In this document: one piece after another, positions 50,301-58,320 of the stretch | How positions within the stretch are numbered: the first letter of the stretch is position 1 | Layout of the letters: every line of letters starts with the position of its first letter | The notes under the pieces: generated by a model | What the model was told of the DNA's origin: nothing | Databases searched by the model: none | What the model saw: the letters and a program-made list of their open reading frames with translations, nothing else | Made by a program: the position numbers and the translations under genes | Assembly (NCBI GenBank): GCA_051362555.1 | Contig: CM120640.1 | Coordinates: forward strand, 62,908,788 to 62,972,787 | Direction of reading: 5' to 3' | DNA from: Lingula anatina | Lineage: Eukaryota; Animalia; Brachiopoda | DNA: 64,000 bases

Positions 50301-53106
50301 ACGACATGCTGTGTCCCTTCATAAATGACAGAAGTCGACTCAACAAAACTGTTTTTCAGCATGTGATAGATGCACTTTTCAATTTCTGATTGAAGCAAAA
50401 TATATGATGAAAAAAATCTCAGTGAAAGAAAGTCACAAAGACCGCACTTCCATTTTAGTTGTGGCGGCTTTATTTAAAGTACACAATTTCTCGACAGAAT
50501 ATGTGATGACAATTTCTAACCACAGTGTTTATTGCTGCACGCGACTTACTGTACCACGACTATCAAGGCTGCGGGTGAGACGAAAGTGGGATAAGATTTT
50601 TTTTCATGTTAAGCAGTCACATTTTGACTGGGAGTGCGCGTTGTGGCAGTTTTGCCAAGTTTCAATATTGCTGTATTATTTTTTCAGGCGTTTCGCTACT
50701 GTGGGTGGGCATACTGGGTGTGATCATCTTCTACATATATGCCCTGATTAGCTTTGCCTTTATGAGAGCGCTGTTCTTGCCTAAAGACGAGGAATATTGT
50801 GGAACGCTCTTAGAGTGCTCTGTGACAGTCATACGATACGGGCTGATTGGAGCGATATTTGATGTAAGCGCTTGCACATATCATATTTCTTTAATGACTG
50901 GGCTTTTGTTGGGTCTTTTGTTTTTGTAATTGTTTAAAGAAACTAGTGTTTTTATTAGTAACGTACTAATTGTATTTTCTGTTAAATCATTAAATAATAT
51001 GATACTATTCTGTCTGTACACAGTGTAATATAATTGTTATCATAAAACGTTGCGATGTGTAAAGTTAGAAACATTTGTGACGGGATATTATCACAGACAG
51101 TATAGATATCATTTGTCATTTTCAGCGCCTGACATTACCAGAATCAGAGAACAATTTTATCGCGTTCGCCGTGGTGGCGGTTTTCCACTTATCATTCTTT
51201 ATCTTGATCACCACCATTGGCTTGAACGTGATCCTCGGTATCGTGGTCGACACGTTCTCTGAGCTTAGAGATCTCAAGGTAGGACTGGCTATTTCATCGA
51301 CATAAAAGGAATAATTTTGAGTGGTGCGCATGTGGACGGAGTTGCTGTTGAAGTGATTTAGTTTTATTGATCACTATATTGCAGTGGAACGTGTTAGCGG
51401 CCCCATAACTTTGCAATTAGATTTTAAATAAGAGTTTTACGCCATAGATTCCTTGTCCATATAAAGGATATGTTATTAACGTCTCCTCGGATTATTTGCC
51501 ATATAGGTGATAAATGTGAATTTTGTAGACATATCATTTAAATTAAAAGGACTATGTACTTTCAATTACAGTGGACAGCCGAATCCGACATGCGAGACAC
51601 TTGTTTCATCTGCAGTCGAGGAAGTCACGATTTCGAACATCATGGGAACGTAAGTTGATAATTAAATCTTTAGTCTGAAATAAATTACTAAAAAAAAGTT
51701 CGTTCGCACTTTCATTTGTCAAAAGAGATTTTGTTTTTACGTTCTGATAAACAATTACATAATGCCTAATACTCTGGTGCATATTTTTATCAGGGATTTT
51801 TGAAGCACGCCAGAGAAGAACACAACATGTGGGCCTACATATTCTTCTTTATCCACTTAGATGACACCAAGTCTAACGATTACACTGCGTTGGATCTACA
51901 CGTAGCGCAAGCTGTGAGTGCTCTGCTTTGTCCCTTTTGGCATTTCCGTCTTTTTTTATAACTAAAAAGCTTCATGAAATGTTATCAATTGCTACAGTGA
52001 CTTTTGTACTTGTCATACAGGTACCTGTACAATGTATTCAGTTATGATGCAGTAAAACATGAGTTTGCACGATTTGAGATGATTCATAATGTTAGCCTAA
52101 TAGATATCATAGGTGGATGATAATAGGTGGATTTCTCGGGTGCCTAAGAAATATCCTTTTTTTTTCGAATAACAAACGGCACATTTATATGCGGTTTCCA
52201 GTTTTCCCTAGCACGCTGTGCAGACTGCTGACATTGTTCATTACCCCAAAAATGTAAACAATAATAACATAAAACATATATATTTTGCTGTGGTTTCAGT
52301 TACAAAGAGAGCAATACGAATTCTTCCCCATGAATTGTGCCTTATCGCTCACTGGAGAAGAAGATGGCACAGACGAAAAAATTGATGCCGTCTTGGAGAA
52401 AGTCACGGAACTCCTTCGTAGACAGCGAGAGGAGGTCAGTATCACTGTTTTCGTGAAAGTATATCAGAGTACTTTATGCTATTTAAATGAAACGTTATTC
52501 GATATAGATGTCTCTACATAACCCGAGTGGAAGTTTATTCAGAATGAAATGCTATCCATTATTAAAATGTTTCTATAACCTGCTATATGAGTGTAATCAA
52601 AGTGGTATTGGATTGGTTTCTAGGAATCAAAACGAATGCGTGAAGAGGAGCACAGGCGTCAGAAACAGTGGCAAGAAATGTACCGCAAGGCGCTGAGCGG
52701 TAGTCACGACACCCTCGCCGCGGCCATCGAGGGGCCACGGCGCCCTGAAGACAGGGAGGGAGATGCAGCACGATATTCTGACGACGACGATAGTCGTGGA
52801 GGGGTCAGAACTCCAGAAACAATAACCTTACGTGACAGTGCTACAAGCACGGAAGAAAGTCCACCGCGGGAGTCCCCACGAAGAACAGAAGAGCCTCCTG
52901 AAACACCGCGCGAGCTCCTGCCACCGCCACCACCACCACCATCCGACGGGCCCCATGACGTACCTCCCGAAAGACCACATGACGAGCCTCACGCACTAGA
53001 TATGGCACCACACGTATCGGAAGTGGCTTTTCCACTCACAGCCCCCGAAGACTTTCCATCACCAACATTTAGTGACGACGATGACTTTGATGACACCCGT
53101 CTATGA
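7227..53106 (+). CDS. ITPR: Divergent inositol 1,4,5-trisphosphate receptor-like (IP3R/RyR superfamily) channel; 68 coding exons, 2740 aa as reconstructed
   Basis: Manual splice reconstruction; all introns are GT-AG except one GC-AG and all phases are consistent. Exons: 7227-7309, 11840-11913, 12093-12217, 12457-12543, 12714-12791, 13639-13719, 14114-14211, 14990-15077, 15249-15336, 15729-15836, 16594-16739, 20779-20857, 21101-21189, 21350-21475, 21663-21713, 21893-21973, 22213-22398, 24149-24271, 24646-24750, 25794-25904, 26112-26189, 26390-26522, 26711-26820, 27922-27951, 28850-28966, 29221-29356, 29539-29638, 29869-29923, 30327-30442, 30638-30737, 30886-30993, 31265-31401, 31679-31802, 32009-32170, 32423-32661, 33589-33673, 33989-34176, 34684-34797, 35033-35117, 35263-35349, 35673-35777, 37601-37672, 37898-38027, 38285-38423, 38646-38801, 39050-39206, [39406-39503 or 40076-40173], 41027-41126, 41731-41781, 42514-42702, 44052-44186, 44892-45041, 45431-45532, 45730-45882, 46954-47046, 47806-47914, 48103-48224, 48337-48506, 48783-48914, 49332-49487, 49751-49874, 50047-50170, 50688-50863, 51126-51278, 51572-51649, 51794-51913, 52300-52434, 52624-53106. 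Recognisable motifs in collinear order: FLCIGDYISL, YGEIIQL, IRLFH, QKLMR, RKN, LCVCDG, LVDLLAKCAEGEN, DYLRDQ, VTQNG, DTFSELRD, CFIC...H...EEHNMW. Confidence 0.95.
15249..24750 (+). CDS. ITPR: ITPR-like gene, exons 9-19: MIR beta-trefoil plus first RIH/armadillo segment (IP3-binding-core equivalent)
   Basis: FIRLFHKELEAYL, VHLRIRE, YWQVE, RLRHVTTRRFL, SYCRIEHVLTGNWLH, KDHQKLMRN, NSRKNALYFAK, FLDLLNVLCVCDG. Confidence 0.9.
16041..16399. mobile_element. Degenerate fold-back MITE (CAGRG...CCCTG ends, possibly hAT-derived)
   Basis: Long imperfect inverted arms, e.g. ataaatcccacaacattacc vs ggtagtgttgtgggatttat and tttacagatt vs aatctgtaaa; no clean TSD. Confidence 0.55.
17045..17590. mobile_element. 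Old, degraded inverted-repeat element
   Basis: ctcagctatccttccactggagagggaaagtgg vs cgctttccctctccaacggaaaataagctgag, and cacttgcgagtga vs tcactcacaagtg, are imperfect reverse complements. Confidence 0.35.
18499..18844. repeat. 173-bp direct tandem duplication, apparently identical copies (18499-18671 / 18672-18844)
   Basis: Same sequence agtgtaagtttactaaccc...gaagtatcagaata twice; explains the twin minus-strand ORFs starting MLMICKFQY. Confidence 0.93.
19321..19332 (+). CDS. Candidate 12-nt microexon (LSDF) of the ITPR-like gene
   Basis: cttaac branch-like motif, TGC motifs and T-tract, tttcag|CTGTCGGATTTT|gtaagt; phase 0-0 matches the host intron 16740-20778. Confidence 0.6.
20980..21014. 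repeat. (CA)n microsatellite
   Basis: Pure CA run. Confidence 0.95.
24919..25038. repeat. Imperfect (CA)n microsatellite
   Basis: CA run with CG/TA interruptions; source of the spurious THTH/CVCV ORFs. Confidence 0.95.
25794..48506 (+). CDS. ITPR: ITPR-like gene, exons 20-58: central armadillo/modulatory region including second RIH and RIH-associated domain
   Basis: QLDLLGKLCKGRNQ, LPPSLRAKYC, LVRFGCY, NQKILINHGV, FLAQGNEDVQ, PEFLDLL, LLAKCAEGENRYIESLCQ, VLRLLAAMCDGQNQSIQDYLRDQPDNIKSIN, LFSTLNEFTAGNQAN, YYKKNSMSIEL. Confidence 0.88.
27767..27789. repeat. (TA)n microsatellite
   Basis: Seen directly. Confidence 0.85.
32244..32315. repeat. Compound (CT)n(CA)n microsatellite
   Basis: Seen directly. 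Confidence 0.93.
32893..32904 (+). CDS. Candidate 12-nt (or 9-nt via NAGNAG) microexon of the ITPR-like gene
   Basis: ctaat branch motif, TGC motifs, ttcacag|CAGGGACGTGAG|gtaacg; frame-preserving and stop-free in the phase-2 intron 32662-33588. Confidence 0.55.
39406..39503 (+). CDS. ITPR: ITPR-like mutually exclusive exon 47a (98 nt)
   Basis: cacag|AAAGCC...GAGAG|gtaggg; encodes KAMLEYFMSTKKESFFFAIRCRLQLSAIAIKER; phase 0 to 2. Confidence 0.88.
40076..40173 (+). CDS. ITPR: ITPR-like mutually exclusive exon 47b (98 nt)
   Basis: Long pyrimidine tract, tag|AGAACC...GAGAG|gtgggt; encodes RTMLDVFKSMRTETFFFAIRIRLEIAANGLKER; same length and phase as 47a, 17/33 aa identical. Confidence 0.85.
42853..43366. 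mobile_element. Outer inverted-repeat element (~70-bp arms) enclosing the 133-bp hairpin
   Basis: aaaaaggttgtcccacccccaattccatgtg...cctcacag (about 42859-42925) is the reverse complement of ctgtgagg...cacatggaattgggggtgggacaaccttttt (about 43291-43359). Confidence 0.7.
42926..43058. mobile_element. 133-bp hairpin MITE-like element (60-bp arms, 13-nt loop)
   Basis: Arm 42926-42985 vs reverse complement of 42999-43058 match at about 47/60 positions without gaps; TA at both ends (Tc1/mariner-like). Confidence 0.75.
48783..51278 (+). CDS. ITPR: ITPR-like gene, exons 59-64: six-TM pore domain (S1-S6)
   Basis: Hydrophobic segments LWNYLVILLSVAINVLMLWAW (S1); LLYAMGGTHNLFSLFVLISYF (S2); TFYYVIFVGMSVAGTFF-GYFFAFHLLNIV (S3/S4); VIKAVTQNG linker; LLWVGILGVIIFYIYALISFAFM (S5); CGTLLECSVTVIRYGL pore helix; VFHLSFFILITTIGLNVILGIVVDTFSELRD (S6). 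Confidence 0.93.
51572..53106 (+). CDS. ITPR: ITPR-like gene, exons 65-68: C2H2 zinc-finger linker, coiled coil and long acidic/Pro-rich tail
   Basis: DTCFICSR...GFLKHAREEHNMWAYIFF...DYTALD...FFPMNCALSL (IP3R1: TCFICGL...HIKEEHNMWHYLCF...EYTGPE...WFPRMRAMSL), then a heptad-rich helix and the ORF 52636-53106 ending DDTRL-stop. Confidence 0.92.
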
Positions 53107-54413
53107 ACAAGGGAACGCTATCCTGCATTGTGTTAAAAGTTTGGTGTTTGGTTTGGCGCTGGTGTAGTCGTCGTTTGAGCGTCGGTCGTTCCAGACACTC
53201 ACATTATCAAGCATTGCTTGTAGCGACGAGATCACTTCCAGTTGCGTGCATTTGTCTGCCGGCGTGGAATGAAATATCGCTTACTGTTGACAGTTTGTCA
53301 TAAAAACAACACTGTCGCCCCTTTTTCAAGTATATCTTTTTCTCTGAAGGGTATATAGGATAATTCGAATTGACATTTTGTAAAAGCGGAAATGATAAAA
53401 TTAAGTGAGGGGTTGGCCGATTTGTGTTGCCAATGACGTTGATACTGAAGGTAGACCTAGCATTTTAGCAGGAAGGTACCGGGTCATTTTATATAACGCA
53501 TGTAACAGGAGATACTTACATACGTACATATAACTGTTCTTATTTTTAGACAGTTAAAGAAAGATGTACTTTGGATTAAACGTCTCTCAAGTGCAGGTCC
53601 TTAAAGGCCTATATGTAGTGCTTGAGTACTAATCGTATTTATATAACTGTATTTAAGAGTTTATATTTTAACATGGTGTAACCATTTTGGTTTTATCTGG
53701 AAAATGTATTTATATTTGTTTTCTTACATTGTAATAATGATATAGTATCAAGAAAAATAAAGGATTATATAACCTTGCAATTTAATCACACACCCACATA
53801 TTTTAATTATTTGGATGAGCATCATCTATTTGTAAGCGTCACGTTTTATTGTATATAACGATGTGGGATGAACGCCAGTTGGTTGGATTTTACTTACGCA
53901 TTAAACCTTTAACAAGTGAATCGTCACTGCACCGTAGTACATGTATATTATTATTATTTTACCAGTATTAGGAACCGCTGGTTTATTTATTTATCATAAT
54001 TTTTACCGACACGTCAAAGAAATGGCATTTTGAGATATAGAGTATTTAAGTGTTTTAAAGTATTGCCAATGGGAATTAGATTTTTAATAGATTAGGTTAC
54101 TTTTTTGTTTTAAATATATAGCTCAGCCCTGTTGCATTTGACTAACGAGATATTATCCCTTGTGTAATTCCTCAGTTAATTGATCATTTGTTACGTTCAT
54201 TGTATTATAACGCTGTATTTTATTATTGGGCGAATTTCTGAAGTATTAGAACAAGAGCGGATTAGTTTGATTTTCATGAGTCATTATAGTGCAATCCAGC
54301 TTTGGGGTGTATTTGCTTGAGTAGTACTTGGTTTATTGAAAAGTTCTAACATGTTAAACTAAATGTGGGCATATAAAGCCCTTTCTTATAGTAGACAAAG
54401 TTTTCAGTTATTG

Positions 54414-54432
54414 AATAAAGAAATTGAATAAA
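54414..54432 (+). terminator. Tandem AATAAA polyadenylation signals, likely 3' end of the ITPR-like mRNA
   Basis: AATAAA at 54414-54419 and 54427-54432, about 1.3 kb after the stop, following an AT-rich UTR-like stretch. Confidence 0.45.
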
Positions 54433-56106
54433 TGCTGAGATCTTTATCTCAATCCTCTTAAACATTTTATTATAGTTGCGTCAACTGATTTAGACGATTA
54501 CCTGATTTGGACGATCACACAATGTCGATATTTTACGAATGCCACGTTTAGCAACCGCAAACGCCTAAGTGGTCATTTATGATCCTCGTTTTATAAGTTG
54601 TAAGATTATGGTGTATTATGCATAAAAAGTTGAAATGAAGTTGGTTTCTTTGAAGTCGCTCTTTAAGTCTTTTTTTATGTCACTTTCTTTATAAATACGC
54701 TGTAAACACCGAAAATCCCGTTCGACATATGCATTTATTAGCCCCTCAGTCATGTTGAGAACCCTTACTTGTAAATAACATCACGTGATGTCTTTAGACT
54801 TATTCCACAGACACCCTGAAAACGTCGCACTTTTCGCTGAATTCTTTGGAGCAGACTTTATAGCTACAAAGAAGAATAGAAATTTAGTTTATTACGGTAG
54901 GATCATTAGGAGGATATTCCATAAACTTAATACATGTAGAAGAAAATTGTGCAATGCGATATTTTAATCATTCATATCGAGATGGCTTTTTTAAAACACC
55001 ATGCGGTAGCAAAAATAAGGACGGACAAGTCAAGTTTGAGGATTATGGAGAAGCTGCTGCAAGGTATTATACAGTTTTTCATGCCCATACTTATTAAAGA
55101 AACCATTTAAGACAAAAACGATACAGTGCATATGATCTCACGACGTATAATTAATACATTATACATTATTATCTTATCTTGCCACACCCATGACCAGAAA
55201 AAGAAAAGGCTTTACGTCTCGAAGCTGTTTAATTTAAGTACCATTTTGAATCAGCATTGGATGTATAGTGGATAAGTATTGCGTACATGTACTCATACCC
55301 AACTTCGATTTTACGGTTTGTAGGATAACGTGGAACAGATCATTCAGAACAGTTACGTCTTGTCCTATTTAAAGACAAATTTTCAACGATTTATTTTCAG
55401 TATTCATTTTATTTTAATTTTTATTTCTAAAATATCTGTCATTCTGGCAGTTTCTATTGTCACGAAGTTAAAGTGAATCGTGCCAAACTTTGAATAAAAA
55501 GTCTGTTCTTTGCTTAGTTTTCAAGTCATTGATTTCTCTTTCCATGTCCGTCTCTGTAAAATTTAACATGATTGAAAAACAAGGATTAAAATGTCTTATG
55601 CTCTACTAGTAGCATCAGTGTCTCAAATAAAAAACGTCTATTTCAGTTCGCCGAGGAATGGTTGCATATTTGAAAGCAAGCAGTACTTCTTGCGTCAATG
55701 TGCGTCAATGTGTCTTGACTGAGCCTGAAACGATACAAGAGAAACGTTGCGAATACTCATACGACGCGTTTTGTTTTTGCGTTTTGCGGCGTAATTCGAA
55801 TCAACAGCATTTTGCATTAGTGGCAAAAGCTGCATAGACAAACGGATAAGGATTATGATTAGTAACAAGTTAATTTTAATTTTAGCTGTCGTGGTACAAA
55901 CATTGAAAAGCCATAGTATCAAACGCAATCAACAAAATGGGCGTTTTCAGAAGACATGATTATGTTTAAAACTATTGCGATTGACGGTACCAGATTTCAT
56001 AGAAATTTTGCTTTCCCCGCAAGGGAAGAAAAATTAACATGCCAAAATTGATACCGAGTTTGTAAACAGATTGTTGTGAATGTCACATTTCTCATTTAGA
56101 ACTTAC

Positions 56107-56614
56107 TTATTCCCCTAGCACGCAACGCGCTCCACAACAGACGAAGCGGCACTTGTATTGGCTGCCGTGGCGCTGCTGGCAGCCCTCGTCTGAGGCACAC
56201 CGTGGTTTCCATCCATTAGGACACTTACACGCCAATAAGTTGTAATTGAAACGCTTCACACGTTCAACAGCTCTCCCCTCTTTGATGTTTCCCAGACTCA
56301 GGGCGTCTGACCAGCATGAAAATATATAGAAAAATTGTTTCACAGGCTGTAGACTTCAACAAAGCCATTCAATTCGGTAGTGAGGGGATGGGGATGGGCA
56401 TGTGAGGCGGAGGACAGTAATTTCATATTTAAGAGCTTAGAAAATCTAGATTATTTTCATCCATTTAAAGAGGATATGACACCCACGCCTTCACTTAATA
56501 AACAAGAAGGCGGAGATTGTATTTCGTAACCTGACACTTACCTGAGAACGTCTCAATCATAAGGAAGCCAACAAGGGTGAGGAGAATAAATTTAGTCGTC
56601 GATACTGTGAACAT
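56107..56614 (-). CDS. Secreted cysteine-rich prepropeptide (90 aa) with an 8-Cys WAP/four-disulfide-core-like mature peptide
   Basis: Exon 56614-56542 encodes the signal peptide MFTVSTTKFILLTLVGFLMIETFS and ends G|gtaagt. Exon 56306-56107 (cag|AC, phase 1) encodes DALSLGNIKEGRAVERVKR-FNYNLLACKCPNGWKPRCASDEGCQQRHGSQYKCRFVCCGARCVLGE-stop. Furin-type site RVKR. Confidence 0.85.
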
Positions 56615-58143
56615 CTTGTTAGTTAATCCCCTGGCAATTCCCGTTGCAGTTGATCAAATAACCAAAAGAGATTGAGAGTACCAATGATAGGACGCAAGTT
56701 ACAAGTAAAAGCGCTAGCACTTCTTACGCGTCAACGCCTCTCAAAAGAAAGAATTAACTTACGATATTAGCAATTAATAAACTTTTATCAGCAATAGGAA
56801 AATGACACTGTCAACCGTGTTTGCATATGCGTCGATATCTTAAATTTTGCGCTTAATAAACCCTAATCACCAAATTTATTGGTCTACTCCTTTCATGAAA
56901 TCTGTGTAACGTTCTCGTATGACGTCATTCAGATATCAACTTAACACACGATTTCGACACTTTTGCCAGGAAACTTAAATATTTTACGCATTCATTTGGA
57001 AACAGTTCATGTAAACATGTGTCAATCTTGTTGTAAAATGTCCAAATTTAAGATAAGTCTAAGACAAGTGACACCAAGGTCAATCTATCTATTTAATGAG
57101 TTTTTTTCTTCTATATGAGACTTATGTAAGCAGTGGAGCCCTCTGCTGACTGTATCACAAAACATTGCGCAGCCAGCGTGTGATAAAGCAATTTTGACTA
57201 ATTTAGATGTGATCGAGTAATAAAAAATACTGGCAGTAGCGCCATCTACTCGTACCGGTAGTAGCCAATCAGACACAAAAAAAAAAACATCTGCACATGC
57301 GTTACAATACTAAGGTACATAGACTGATTTGACTGCTTTGGATGCTGTGAAATTCTACAGAATATAATTGGTGCCGCCAGAGAAACAGAGGAAGACAAAG
57401 AGGGAAAAGACTGGCATACTAAGGTGACCGACCAGCTGAAAGCTACATGTACCAAAGACGGAGAGATATGGAGGGATTGATCACCAACCCTACAGCCGGA
57501 TAAATCATGATAAATAGGTTCATCAACATGTTTTTCTTCACTGTATGTTTTGTACCATCAGGCATCATGGGACTTTATAATAAATCAAAGTTACGAGCTG
57601 GTGCAATCTTACGGATAGCCTATAATGATTTTAAGTTGAAAGCACCCCCTTTGAAAAGGGGCACTTGGAAAGTTTTTAAGTGCGCCGTTTCGCGTTTTGA
57701 GCGAAATTAGAACTGACTTATGAAGCCCGAAAATTGAATTTGCAAACGATTTATTGGCTACTTTTCGTCAAATCAACATAATTTTCAATTCTCTGTCATT
57801 AACTCATTCATGATTTTCTAACTTCGATCTTTTTGCGGTTAACCGGTAGAACATTCCATAATGAGGGGAATACACTGTATGATCTGATGCTCGTTGTCGG
57901 TAAACTAGTATATATAAATACAGTTACAACAGAACAATATACAGGCACTAGTAAACATTCAGCATGTAGCCTACCGGCCCTTCCTTCGATAAATACACGT
58001 ATTAGCGGATCATGGGATATTTTTATACCACTTCGAACCTCCCTTGCTGAAAATACCCACACTCCCGTACATGTATATTTTAGTTGGTTATTTGTCACCT
58101 GCCATGTTACTTGAACTCTTGCCCTTTTTTTCAAACAGTGATA

Positions 58144-58320
58144 GGCCCCATTCAGAAAAGGGGGCTAACTAGTCCGAGGGTCAAACATGGCGGCCCACTA
58201 CACTGAGCTTGTCGTCTAATCCGTTAATAGACACTGAATAGATATCCTGTGGGGAAGTATTCAAGTGGATCGGCCATATTTGACCCTCAGACTAGTTAGT
58301 CCCCTGGTCTAAATGGGGCC
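58144..58320. mobile_element. 177-bp MITE with ~55-bp TIRs and 3-bp ATA TSD (PIF/Harbinger-like)
   Basis: GGCCCCATTCAGAAAAGGGGGCTAACTAGTCCGAGGGTCAAA... pairs with ...TTTGACCCTCAGACTAGTTAGTCCCCTGGTCTAAATGGGGCC; ATA flanks both sides. Confidence 0.85.

Noticed and set aside
7227-53106. Calling the gene a ryanodine receptor or a pseudogene
   Set aside because: At 2740 aa with no SPRY/RyR repeats and an IP3R-type C-terminal coiled coil it is not an RyR; the frame is intact across all 68 exons.
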